This document shows positions 44,687-53,991 of a stretch of DNA of 64,000 bases, one piece after another. The stretch is from a phage: the sequence record PV806337.1, one strand, 5' to 3'. Made by a program: the position numbers and the translations under genes. The number at the start of each line of letters is the position of its first letter. Positions within the stretch are counted from its first letter, which is position 1. The notes beneath the pieces are model-generated. The model searched no databases. It had not been told where the DNA came from and saw only the letters and a program-made list of their open reading frames with translations.

Positions 44687-44715
44687 TTGCTAAAATGCTT
44701 AAGTTTCTGTATAAT
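44687..44715 (+). promoter_or_regulatory. T5-type promoter
   Basis: TTGCTA 44687-44692, 17 bp, TATAAT 44710-44715. Confidence 0.7.
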
Positions 44716-44745
44716 TGCTGTATAAATTGATGAGAAGGAATCAAA

Positions 44746-45177
44746 ATGAACAAAGTTGATAAAGCTCTAGTTTTCGCAGCAGCAGATAAGTTTGAACAAG
44801 TTAAGGCAACTTTCCGAACCCTGTTTCAGTCTTACGTACAGGATAAGTCTAATCCTATTTCTGAACGCTTGATGGTTTGGGAGTGTCATGCTTGCAATGC
44901 CTTATTAATTGCGGATTATCGTAGCGATATAGATAAAGATCTATGCGAAATTCTTATCGCTGAGGAGGCAGAACGTTATCAGTTAGTCTCTTTCCAAGAT
45001 TTGGCGGAGCATATCATTCCCGATGATCTTTGGGATAAATACTATGGTGATCCTGAAGATGAAGGAATGACTCCAGAAGCATGTATTGAGCTGATCTGCA
45101 AAGATCATCCTGAAATTGCAGAGAAATTTGAAAAAGTTTTTGCTTCTGAGTTCTCCGGCGTTGTTAACGATTGGTAA
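44746..45177 (+). CDS. hypothetical acidic protein
   Basis: ORF track 143 aa after promoter 44687-44715. Confidence 0.55.
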   Translation: MNKVDKALVFAAADKFEQVKATFRTLFQSYVQDKSNPISERLMVWECHACNALLIADYRSDIDKDLCEILIAEEAERYQLVSFQDLAEHIIPDDLWDKYYGDPEDEGMTPEACIELICKDHPEIAEKFEKVFASEFSGVVNDW

Positions 45178-45194
45178 GTAATTAAAAAATTCAG

Positions 45195-45223
45195 TTGCTT
45201 TAAGCCTTAAAATTCTGTATAAT
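45195..45223 (+). promoter_or_regulatory. T5-type promoter
   Basis: TTGCTT 45195-45200, 17 bp, TATAAT 45218-45223. Confidence 0.7.
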
Positions 45224-45255
45224 AAGTTCATAAATTAATGAGAGAGGAAATTCTA

Positions 45256-45507
45256 ATGGAAAACATGACTAAAAACGAAATGGCTAACGTTCTGGCAATT
45301 CTCCTCGACATGCAGGGTTTTGAAGGACAGCTCATGAAGATGTCTATTCCGGCGATGAAAAAGATGTATGATTCTCTGAATAAGAATGCTATGGCGTTCA
45401 ACCTTGCAAAACAGGAAGCTCGTTTTGCTAAAGAGCATCAAGCGACTGCCGAACGTCGTGCAGCATCTTTTGAGCGTGAAGTTAAGCAACTGAAAGGTAA
45501 GAAATAA
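45256..45507 (+). CDS. hypothetical protein
   Basis: ATG 45256 after promoter 45195-45223 and GAGAGAGGAAA leader. Confidence 0.5.
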   Translation: MENMTKNEMANVLAILLDMQGFEGQLMKMSIPAMKKMYDSLNKNAMAFNLAKQEARFAKEHQATAERRAASFEREVKQLKGKK

Positions 45508-45529
45508 GGACTAAGGGAGTATATAATTA

Positions 45530-45811
45530 ATGTTGATTGAAATTCTTATTGGGTTACTAGTTCTTACTACGCTAGTAGCGATTGGCGGAGTTATTGGGAT
45601 TGTGAATGCACGAAAAAGCATGGAAAATATGCTTATTACTAATGATGGACTACACCACCGTTTGCTAGAGCAAGAGCAGGATATTGAATTAGCACAAAGA
45701 CGCTCGGATATTCTTAAGGAAAAATTAAATAATATAGAAGCAGTAGTTGGGAATAATAAATTACCTGCTAAAGTAATGCGTACACAGATAATCACGGAGA
45801 TTAAAAAATGA
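45530..45811 (+). CDS. membrane-anchored coiled-coil protein
   Basis: ORF track 93 aa. Confidence 0.5.
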   Translation: MLIEILIGLLVLTTLVAIGGVIGIVNARKSMENMLITNDGLHHRLLEQEQDIELAQRRSDILKEKLNNIEAVVGNNKLPAKVMRTQIITEIKK

Positions 45812-46053
45812 TGATGTTTATCCTAGCATTTTATTTGATTGTGGTAGGGGTTCTAGTTACTAAGTACCACATATGGGCACCAAATAATGTAGGTAAGGTA
45901 GCACTGTTTGTTATCCCAGTTCCACTTATTATACTTTCTATGTTACTGGTGATGTTAATAGGTAAAGTAACAAAAACAGATGTTAAGCGCATTGCTGACG
46001 AATTGCAACAGTCCTGTGATATGGTTGAGGATATTCTTAAAGATGAAGTTTAA
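45808..46053 (+). CDS. membrane protein
   Basis: ORF track 81 aa. Confidence 0.5.
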   Translation: MMMFILAFYLIVVGVLVTKYHIWAPNNVGKVALFVIPVPLIILSMLLVMLIGKVTKTDVKRIADELQQSCDMVEDILKDEV

Positions 46054-46369
46054 TTTTAATGAATTAAATACCTTACATGAGATATTACAGTTTGTGAATA
46101 ATAATATTAGTATTCCAGATGATACACTAGAAGTTCTCATGTTAATCGAGAAAAAGGTAGGAATTGAAATTGAGGATTCTTGGAAACCACTTTCTGTATT
46201 AACACCTCTTAATATGAAAGTGATAGTTAAAAATATTGATACTGGTGAAGAGTGTGAAATGATTCGTAAAGAACTAGCTGATAGCTACTCACCAAAGTCT
46301 GTAGTAATGTACCATGATGATACCGCTAAGACTCTACAGACAGCTAATTACGTATGGCGTCTCCCATGA
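46043..46369 (+). CDS. hypothetical protein
   Basis: In-frame ATG 46043 inside track ORF 45980-46369. Confidence 0.45.
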   Translation: MKFNFNELNTLHEILQFVNNNISIPDDTLEVLMLIEKKVGIEIEDSWKPLSVLTPLNMKVIVKNIDTGEECEMIRKELADSYSPKSVVMYHDDTAKTLQTANYVWRLP

Positions 46370-46468
46370 TTAATTTAGTACCAATTACTGCGTGGCTAAT
46401 AGCACTATTAGTGCTCGCAGTTTTTATTATTGTGGAGCAGGCCAAAGTAATAAGGAGACTTAAAAACA

Positions 46469-46669
46469 ATGATAAAACGTCTTGTTTATCAGGCACCAAA
46501 GATTGTAACTGAGTATTTTGTATTACTGCCTCAGATTGTATTTCTAACAGCATTATTTAATATACTTTTTCGACATCTAGGAATAACGGAAAATATCTTC
46601 TACACTTCTGGACTACTTCCTTTTATGTACGAAGGCATTATCGTGGCAATTAACGGAGTTCGTAAATGA
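46469..46669 (+). CDS. membrane protein
   Basis: ORF track 66 aa. Confidence 0.45.
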   Translation: MIKRLVYQAPKIVTEYFVLLPQIVFLTALFNILFRHLGITENIFYTSGLLPFMYEGIIVAINGVRK

Positions 46670-47127
46670 CAGCACTACAACAACTACAGAATTACTGGTT
46701 TGATAACCAATTTAACGATCTTTTCATCCAGTTGTTTGTCGAAACGAACGGACGCTTCAACTACCGATTCTTTAACAAGTTTCACGAAACAAAATTCTCG
46801 CATACAGAAATTAATGCAGCGATCCAAGACCTAACTGGTTCTAAAGTAGTTCAATATCGTGAAGTAGACTTTACACCAGATTGTTTTGGGTTTGAGTTGT
46901 TTAAGAAAGCATATAAATTTGGTAAGTTTGAGGATGCTCGTCAATGGGTTCATGATTTCTGGTACAACACTGATATTGTTCCTAGTCGTGTACTGATTCT
47001 TAACTGGATTGCTAAACAACATCCGCCTAAAGCTCAATCATCCTTCTTACCAACTGACACAGGAAACCTCTACCATGACAGAAAAGAAAAATCCATTATT
47101 GGAGCAGATGAAGGAGTGGGAGAGTAA
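46666..47127 (+). CDS. hypothetical protein
   Basis: ORF track 153 aa. Confidence 0.55.
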   Translation: MTALQQLQNYWFDNQFNDLFIQLFVETNGRFNYRFFNKFHETKFSHTEINAAIQDLTGSKVVQYREVDFTPDCFGFELFKKAYKFGKFEDARQWVHDFWYNTDIVPSRVLILNWIAKQHPPKAQSSFLPTDTGNLYHDRKEKSIIGADEGVGE

Positions 47128-47446
47128 TATTGAATCTGGTCTAGTAGACGGAGAAGATATTGTTAACTCCATGCTAGAAGTAACAGTAGATAATATTAAT
47201 CCTATTTTGGCCAAAGAAACCTCCGATCTTATAGGACTCTCTAGCACATTTGATTCTTTAGCTAAATTAGCCTTAGATGACGAAGAGATAACCAAAGAAG
47301 ATCTCGCCTCAGCTATGAATATGGCTATTAACGCTTACATTGGTAAACGTACCGATGAACTTGGTAAACAGATCAATAAGCGTGATGCTACGCTAGGTCT
47401 TATGGAAACGGCCACTATGTTAAGAAGTGGTAAACAACTTCATTAA
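47075..47446 (+). CDS. hypothetical acidic protein
   Basis: ATG 47075 inside track ORF 47009-47446; terminator 47454-47481. Confidence 0.5.
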   Translation: MTEKKNPLLEQMKEWESNIESGLVDGEDIVNSMLEVTVDNINPILAKETSDLIGLSSTFDSLAKLALDDEEITKEDLASAMNMAINAYIGKRTDELGKQINKRDATLGLMETATMLRSGKQLH

Positions 47447-47453
47447 TTCTAGA

Positions 47454-47481
47454 GGCCAGGACTTAATTGTTCTGGCCTTTT
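47454..47481 (+). terminator. rho-independent terminator
   Basis: Hairpin GGCCAGGAC...TTCTGGCC then TTTTG. Confidence 0.65.
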
Positions 47482-47505
47482 GAGTACATATAAAAGGAGA
47501 CTATA

Positions 47506-47739
47506 GTGGAAATTGTATTAGTTATTCTTGCAATAGCACTATTATTCGCAATCAGCGTATCTATTAAAAAGACTCGTGATCTTAATAGGACTATAGATGA
47601 TAACAGAAAACTACGTGGTGAAAAGGCTAGGCTTAACCTACAACATGAAGCTCTGAAGTTATTTGTAGTTCAGGGCAATAGAAACCATACTCCTGAAGAC
47701 TTTATTAAACAGCTTAAAAAGCACTTAGGGCTCAAATAA
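47506..47739 (+). CDS. small membrane-anchored protein
   Basis: ORF track 77 aa; AAGGAG RBS. Confidence 0.5.
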   Translation: MEIVLVILAIALLFAISVSIKKTRDLNRTIDDNRKLRGEKARLNLQHEALKLFVVQGNRNHTPEDFIKQLKKHLGLK

Positions 47740-47924
47740 TGGAAACTCTTTTTCTTTTAATGCTCGTAGGTTCTCTGTTACTAATACTAGCACTTCTACT
47801 AATCTGCAATATTCTTAATAATAAGAATCTAGAGCTAAAGTGTGAGAACCAAATCCTTAACCGTGAACTTAAACAATATAATCTAGCAGCCTATAAACTG
47901 TTAGACAAACTGGAGAATAAATAA
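47739..47924 (+). CDS. small membrane protein
   Basis: ORF track 61 aa. Confidence 0.45.
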   Translation: METLFLLMLVGSLLLILALLLICNILNNKNLELKCENQILNRELKQYNLAAYKLLDKLENK

Positions 47925-48526
47925 TGACTTTTAATGCGCAACAATCTATTCAAGTAGTGCCAGATCATGAACTGAACACATGGGATTATAGCTTTAAAGA
48001 TTTAACCGCTACTGTACAATTTAAATCTATGAAGCTAACATTTGCACACACTGACCTTAGAGCATGTAAAGGTCTTGAGGATAAGCTCGAAGATGCTCGC
48101 AAGATTTTTGGTAAGGCTCGCATCCCAGCTGATAATCTAATTAACGCATTAATCGATGCAGGGTACAAACTTGTGAAGACTGAGGTGAACCGCCCTAGTA
48201 CTCCAGTGACTATTAGAGATCCGTGGCAGTCAGGGACAATCGCAATGCTGAATAAATCATCGGATTTGCACAATGTTCCTTGTGGGGGTGTGATAAGTAG
48301 TACGCAGTCATATAAGTTTGGGGAAGATTACGGCCCTTCTGTACAGTTGAAACATACTCAAGAAGCTTTTGAATCTGATATGCGAAGCGTAGCACCTGCG
48401 GATGCTGAAGGTTTTAGAAGTCCCATCTATGTTACTCACTTTAATAATCTTAGGCCTGGGAGTATAAATGATGCTATCCTTGAAGCGTTGGGAGCTGCTA
48501 TTAATGAAGATAAGAGGGGTAATTAA
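47924..48526 (+). CDS. hypothetical protein
   Basis: ORF track 200 aa; internal reverse ORFs judged spurious. Confidence 0.55.
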   Translation: MTFNAQQSIQVVPDHELNTWDYSFKDLTATVQFKSMKLTFAHTDLRACKGLEDKLEDARKIFGKARIPADNLINALIDAGYKLVKTEVNRPSTPVTIRDPWQSGTIAMLNKSSDLHNVPCGGVISSTQSYKFGEDYGPSVQLKHTQEAFESDMRSVAPADAEGFRSPIYVTHFNNLRPGSINDAILEALGAAINEDKRGN

Positions 48527-49251
48527 TGAGTATAAAAAAGAATTTAGCAGAGATTATTAAGTTAGCTAGAGCTTGTAATGGAAAATGTGTTTCTCAGCTT
48601 AATGAACTAGAAGCACATGCAGTAGCATTTTGTGCAGAGTTTTATCCTGCATACCTTAATGCTAGTGGGCAACCTAAATATAATAAGGATGCCGAAGAAG
48701 TTACGTTAGCTCCTTCATATATTAGCTTGCGTCGTTTAATTCAAACCGTTGATCCTACTATTAAAGGATTCTCAGCAGATTCATTCCACGTCTTTGCAGA
48801 TAAAGAACTCCCGTATTTTAAAGAAGGAAATGCAAAGTCATGTTTAGAATGTTATCCTAATATACTGATGATTCCTCAAAAGCAATGTAAATACGATCAT
48901 CTTCCTAGACTTACAAAGAAAGTAGCACCACCTTATTCTTCTCTATCTGAATTAAAGCTAGGAATTGTATCTACACTTGCGCAGATTCATCTAAGTATAG
49001 TTGACGACTCAACAACATCTAACCCTATTCTAGATGCTGCTCACTTTGAAATTTTACGTGATCCTGAACAAGCTAGAAAAGTTGCTAAGTCTGTTAAGTT
49101 TGATATATCAACAATTCTTGACACTAAACAAGAAACTAGACCTAGAGGAAGTGTAGATTATTCTGCGCTAAATTCCGAGTCATCTTACTTAGCAACATTC
49201 CTTTTCATGGCGTCAAAAGGGGTTATTCTAAAGGTTAATAAAGATGGATGA
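48526..49251 (+). CDS. hypothetical protein
   Basis: ORF track 241 aa. Confidence 0.55.
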   Translation: MSIKKNLAEIIKLARACNGKCVSQLNELEAHAVAFCAEFYPAYLNASGQPKYNKDAEEVTLAPSYISLRRLIQTVDPTIKGFSADSFHVFADKELPYFKEGNAKSCLECYPNILMIPQKQCKYDHLPRLTKKVAPPYSSLSELKLGIVSTLAQIHLSIVDDSTTSNPILDAAHFEILRDPEQARKVAKSVKFDISTILDTKQETRPRGSVDYSALNSESSYLATFLFMASKGVILKVNKDG

Positions 49252-49972
49252 TTTACGTGCTGAAATTAATAAAAAGTTACGAGAGGAAGCCCGGAGGTTT
49301 CCTCTTAAAAACTTTTTGAAGTCAAATGGCTCTACTAATATAACGAAGATTAGGCAACTTCACCCTGACTTCCAACAAGAGGCCTTAAACCTTATCTTTA
49401 TTAGGAAAGCTTTAAAAGTCCAGAAAGAAGAGTATGGGTATGAAAGAGTTAATTATAAGACAGCCAATCAGTTAGTAGAGATATGGTGCTATAAACATAA
49501 AGGATACTTTATGCAAACTGCTAGATCTCACCTAGATGGGCACGGTTGTTTACAATGTGCTAGGGAAAGCAACCTAAATACACCTATCGAGAAACCGGAG
49601 GTAGAAGAAGATGTTCAGTCCCCCACATATCTCTATATCTTCTCTAATAAAGATCAGTCTAGGAAGAAATTAAAGACAAAGATTGGGGTTTCTAGAGAGC
49701 CACATCAAAGGTTTAAGAATCTAGAGTATGATAAATTGCGTGTGCCGGGTTTTGAAGATATGGAAGTATTTGGTATCTACCAGTATAAGAAAGGATCGAA
49801 AGAACTCGCTTACAAAATAGAACACCAAGCACATAAATTTTTCGAGAATAAATTTGCTAACCATTATAAATTCGATGGAGCAAAAGAGATATTCAACATT
49901 AAAGCTGTAGAGGCAGAAGAATATCTATTAAGTCAAGGTTGCATAAAAATTTACCCAACTCCAAACTCATGA
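49244..49972 (+). CDS. zinc-ribbon + T5orf172 (GIY-YIG-like) domain protein
   Basis: ORF track 242 aa; GHGCLQC ribbon; YLYIFSN..KIGVS..FDGAKEIF pattern. Confidence 0.6.
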   Translation: MDDLRAEINKKLREEARRFPLKNFLKSNGSTNITKIRQLHPDFQQEALNLIFIRKALKVQKEEYGYERVNYKTANQLVEIWCYKHKGYFMQTARSHLDGHGCLQCARESNLNTPIEKPEVEEDVQSPTYLYIFSNKDQSRKKLKTKIGVSREPHQRFKNLEYDKLRVPGFEDMEVFGIYQYKKGSKELAYKIEHQAHKFFENKFANHYKFDGAKEIFNIKAVEAEEYLLSQGCIKIYPTPNS

Positions 49973-49999
49973 CAAAAATTTAAAAGTAACGAAATCTGC

Positions 50000-50029
50000 T
50001 TGACATTCGTGAGAATAATGTGTTATAAT
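50000..50029 (+). promoter_or_regulatory. consensus sigma70 promoter (TTGACA-18-TATAAT) with no ORF downstream
   Basis: TTGACA 50000-50005, TATAAT 50024-50029; next about 300 nt lack a credible ORF and lead into the repeat field. Confidence 0.6.
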
Positions 50030-50369
50030 AATCTCATAGATTAAAAACATCAACTTGTTTTTACCTCTAGGCCGTAGATTTACATCATTCCTCGTAGGAA
50101 AACACTTGATGACGGTTCTGCTCGCAGGTTCTCGTCAATTGTTCTTCCACACCGAGACTTAGGAGGATGTATCAAATCGCACGCGCCTAGAGGGGCTAAC
50201 TCTCATGAAATGGGGGTATATTTACTTTTAAATAACTAAAAAATATTTAAAGGCAATATCTGTGTTCAAGATGATACACCTGTTGCCGCTCTCCATCTCT
50301 AGGATCACATACACTTTCCTAGAAACTCCAGAGTTCTCACTAAATACTCACGAAATATCACACTTCTAG

Positions 50370-50442
50370 TGGGCGGTTCTCCTAAGTTTCTAGGAACATA
50401 TACTAGGCGGTTAATATAGGGCGGTTAATATAGGGCGGTTAT
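50370..50442. repeat. tandem GGCGGTT-containing direct repeats (TAGGGCGGTTAATA x3 plus variant)
   Basis: Copies at 50405-50417, 50417-50430, 50431-50442, variant 50370-50380. Confidence 0.8.
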
Positions 50443-50485
50443 TTCTAGGAGACATTTTTCCAAAACACATTTCCAGAAATTACTA

Positions 50486-51085
50486 TCGGATTTGCACATT
50501 GTGTTTCTAGAAATTTATGGTCGGATTTGCACAAACGCCTAAGTTTTTAGGAACTCTTACTCCCCTGAAAATGGCAGCATTATTTCGGGCCGAAGGCCCA
50601 TAATTGCCTGAGTTTTTAGAGCCACAGAAATTTTCACTTGTCAAGCTATTTTGCCCCATTTTGCTAATAAAATTTTACTTTATCTCCACTAATCTCAAAT
50701 TAACCCAAATCTTCTCAACTCTTCCCCAAAAACGCAGCAAATCAGGCGTTGCACGCCACCCATGCTGCTCCTCCAGTTTCTCCCCTTATTTTCTCTCGCT
50801 CTCTCATCTTCTCCTCAAACCCATACAATCACACACCCTCTCATCGAAGTCACAAAAATCTTGTCGGATTCGCACATCTTAATCCTAGAAAAACCGTGTC
50901 GGATTTGCACATACCCCACAGGATTCGAACGCAGTTCGTGATTGCTGGAGTTTTTAGGAAAATTCATTGTCGGATTTGCACACTATAAAAATTTTTCGGG
51001 TCGGATTTGCACACTACCAAAAATTGTCGGATTTGCACACACACGCCCACGCGTAATCCATGGGGGCAAATGTCGGTTTTGCACA
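50486..51085. repeat. dispersed 14-bp direct repeat GTCGGATTTGCACA, 8 copies (injection-stop-signal-like region)
   Basis: Copies near 50486, 50520, 50863 (variant), 50898, 50969, 51000, 51026, 51072 (variant), irregular spacing. Confidence 0.8.
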
Positions 51086-51119
51086 AAAGCGCAGGGCAAT
51101 TGCCCTGCTCGCCTGAATG

Positions 51120-51300
51120 CGAATGATAATGAGAATGATTCTCATTTAAAAAGCGGAATGAGAATGATAATAATTCGCATTTAAGAATGGAAGTGAGAAT
51201 TATTCAGGAAGTGAAACGATTCTCATTTAAAAAGCAGAATGATTCTCATTTAGAAAGTGGAACGCAAATAATAGTGATTCGTATTTAAGAACGGAAGTGA
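51120..51300. repeat. palindromic repeat family (GAATGAGAATGATTCTCATTTAAAAAGC-like)
   Basis: Several similar ~25-bp units, each a near-palindrome around GAGAATGATTCTC; further copy at 51623-51643. Confidence 0.7.
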
Positions 51301-51426
51301 GAAACACTATTATTTAAGTTATCCACAGACTTATTAACAGCACGATTTGACTTGACAGAATCCTAGCCATTTTGGGGTGTTATTAACAGACTTATCCACA
51401 GCTTATCCTACTGTATAAATATACAG
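51297..51426. repeat. left arm of ~130-bp imperfect inverted repeat with two DnaA-box motifs
   Basis: TTATCCACA at 51319-51327 and 51392-51400; ends in palindrome CTGTATAAATATACAG; reverse complement matches 55251-55380. Confidence 0.8.
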
Positions 51427-51794
51427 TATTCCTACGCAGTGAATAATTCTAATATAGCGTTAAAACGTCCTAGATCGCATTCTAACGCGTTTAATTTTGG
51501 TGGAGATACTAAAACAAGGGCAAAATTGGAGGAGGCTTGAAAATTAGTTAGCTCGCTAACGATCACACAAGGCGACACGTAACACCCTAATCATTAGCAG
51601 GCTAACCATCGCGGGCGCGGTCAAATGAGAATGATTCTCATTTGAGAATTGGGGGCACTTCCCGATAGTTGCGCCCCGTGATTATTATAGTAGCGGGCAA
51701 CCGTTACGCTTTGCCCACTCCCGCCACTCATCTTGATGCCTAGACTTGCGACGGCGTACTAAAAACCGCTTGTACCAGTGATTAAACCATCGTT

Positions 51795-51998
51795 TCATAA
51801 ACCCTCCTCCGGTAGTCGATGCGTGATCTTCTCCTCCTCCCCGTAGGAATCCACCAAATACTGATAATAACCATCGTGATCATAAATCACTTTATCATAT
51901 TCGCCCCGCTCGACCGCTTGCCGATTCTCCGGCGTATCTGGCACGTAAAAAACATCAACCATTGTACTGATTTTGGTTACAATAATTTTATTGCTCAT
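51795..51998 (-). CDS. hypothetical protein (pre-early block)
   Basis: ORF track 67 aa in GC-richer block between inverted repeats. Confidence 0.45.
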   Translation of the reverse strand: MSNKIIVTKISTMVDVFYVPDTPENRQAVERGEYDKVIYDHDGYYQYLVDSYGEEEKITHRLPEEGL

Positions 51999-52221
51999 AA
52001 TAACGCTCCGTTATTAAAAATTACCATATATTCCCGGCCAAATTTTACTAGTAACATAAGTTACTATTCCTGCCGTAATTATGCTATAAACTACTAATAA
52101 GGTAAACATTAAACCAGACATAATAACTCCTAGTAAATATATTTTTGCCAATGGTGGCGAACGTTGTCGCCACCAGCGGAATCATTAGCTGCCTTAACAT
52201 TACCAACGAAAATATATAATC

Positions 52222-52581
52222 TCATTGCGCCACCTTTCGAAATGCTGTTTCAATACTTTCCGCAGTTGATTGAATATACACGCCTTTCATTATCAAGCGC
52301 TCAGTGCATACCTTACGGAAAATATTAATAAAATCCTCTTCATTTTCCGCGATTAATGCCTCACCCATAACCTGAACGTCACAAGATGCAAAGGTCAAAA
52401 ATTGAAATGCTAGTTCACGGGCAACGACCGCATTAATTTTATAATGCGCCTTTCCCTCATAAATATTAATAACGCCCTTATAAGCTGGGGAAAGCTGGTT
52501 TAAATAGTTTGCTAATAATGCCGGACGGCAATTAGCAACAAAGCGATTGCCTTCATAAATTATCATTTGCATAGCTCCCAA
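52222..52581 (-). CDS. hypothetical protein (pre-early block)
   Basis: ORF track 119 aa. Confidence 0.5.
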   Translation of the reverse strand: MGAMQMIIYEGNRFVANCRPALLANYLNQLSPAYKGVINIYEGKAHYKINAVVARELAFQFLTFASCDVQVMGEALIAENEEDFINIFRKVCTERLIMKGVYIQSTAESIETAFRKVAQ

Positions 52582-52681
52582 ATAGTTCCGCCGATGATCA
52601 TTAGCTGACTAATAATTATCAGAATAAAACCAATTGAAGGCAGGACGCCCCAAAAACGAAAAGCCGTTTTAATTTGCTGAA

Positions 52682-52894
52682 TCATAATACCCCACGAAAA
52701 GCAGCGTAAAAGGTGGCAAAATGTTTAACTGTTTCAGCTATCACGTTGCCGCGCTTATCAAATTTTTTCTCGGTAACACGAAAGGCATTTTTGTTACGTG
52801 CTACATATTCGATTTTACAATCTTCCCGCTCGAACGTGTTAACATCCACCAGCTTAAAGCCTTTCGAACGTGCAAGGGAAACGTTGCGGATCAT
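52682..52894 (-). CDS. hypothetical protein (pre-early block)
   Basis: ORF track 70 aa; overlapping forward ORFs judged spurious. Confidence 0.45.
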   Translation of the reverse strand: MIRNVSLARSKGFKLVDVNTFEREDCKIEYVARNKNAFRVTEKKFDKRGNVIAETVKHFATFYAAFRGVL

Positions 52895-53095
52895 TTTTAT
52901 TCTCCTTTACTAGTCATGCAGCCCAGCAGATAAGAAAACGCAGCAATGCCAGCGCCAATAATAACAGCGTGAACGCCGAAAGCTATCGCAAATAACGATA
53001 AAATAGCGCCCAAGATACCCGCTAAAATAGATCGAAAAATAACCATTTGTGATAGCCTCCTAGTTATCGGGGCGAAAGTAACGCCCCGTTATTAA

Positions 53096-53404
53096 TTACA
53101 TTAAAACAATTTTAGCGGCTTGTTTTTTAGTGCAATGTTCAGCTTTCAGGGTATCCAGTAAAAAGCCAGCCGTTTGCTGATCGATTTTATCGGCGTTATA
53201 TAGTTCCTGAATGGTATTATAAGTTTTAGCAATGCCGAACTCCTGCACCATTTCATAGATGACAGCACGATTAGATACCCAGCCTTGCGCGGTAAACAGA
53301 TGACTAGCAGAAGAATAAGCAACCATTTTAAGCCTCCAAATTTTTGGGAAAATTTTCAATCCACCGTTTTGGTGTAAAAGCATTATAACAAAAAAGGCCA
53401 CCAT
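53096..53404 (-). CDS. hypothetical protein (pre-early block)
   Basis: ORF track 102 aa. Confidence 0.5.
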   Translation of the reverse strand: MVAFFVIMLLHQNGGLKIFPKIWRLKMVAYSSASHLFTAQGWVSNRAVIYEMVQEFGIAKTYNTIQELYNADKIDQQTAGFLLDTLKAEHCTKKQAAKIVLM

Positions 53405-53431
53405 AAAAGGCGACCTTTACAAAACTTTACA

Positions 53432-53926
53432 TTAGACTACTTGCAGGGATTCAATATTGAAACATCGTTTCAATTCGTCATGCAAAACAGCGTATTCATC
53501 CCATCGGGTACTATCAGGAATATAAACAAGCTGTTTTAATCGGTTTGCGTATATTACCGCTTTGTTATCAATTATCTCGACGCCACCATATTTAATAATT
53601 AATTTCATGACGGAATTAATAGGATCGCCGCCGTTTACATATGTGCCGGATTTACTTAGCTGATAATGATAAAGGCTTGCATATACGTTTTCATTTTCAT
53701 ACCATTCGCCAGTTTCTTCGTCTTCATAGCCATCGCTACCAAAACGAGAAGCATTATCAATAGCCATTTCATGAGCGAAAGCGTCCAGATCCGTACCAGC
53801 AGGAACAAAGTATTCTTCGGTGTTCCCTTCTCCGCAATAGCCAGTATGACAATCGACTAAAATGATCATATCATGTTTAGCCGTGCTCACTTCTCCTAGC
53901 GAGAAGCCGTATTTTTCCTCAGCCAT
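53432..53926 (-). CDS. hypothetical acidic protein (pre-early block)
   Basis: ORF track 164 aa. Confidence 0.55.
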   Translation of the reverse strand: MAEEKYGFSLGEVSTAKHDMIILVDCHTGYCGEGNTEEYFVPAGTDLDAFAHEMAIDNASRFGSDGYEDEETGEWYENENVYASLYHYQLSKSGTYVNGGDPINSVMKLIIKYGGVEIIDNKAVIYANRLKQLVYIPDSTRWDEYAVLHDELKRCFNIESLQVV

Positions 53927-53991
53927 TAGTTAGCCTCCTATTAATTAACAAGGGAATAGTAAAGTGGGGAAATAATCCCCACTAAATATTA

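Noticed and set aside
50370-51085. Possible CRISPR array, given many short direct repeats
   Set aside because: Repeat spacing is irregular, several repeat families are interleaved, units are 12-14 bp rather than 28-37 bp, and no cas genes are nearby. An injection-stop-type repeat field fits better.
50604-51184. Track ORFs 50604-50882, 50749-50988 and 50942-51184 as protein-coding genes
   Set aside because: They lie entirely in the repeat field, overlap one another in different frames, lack RBSs and have repeat-driven low-complexity translations.
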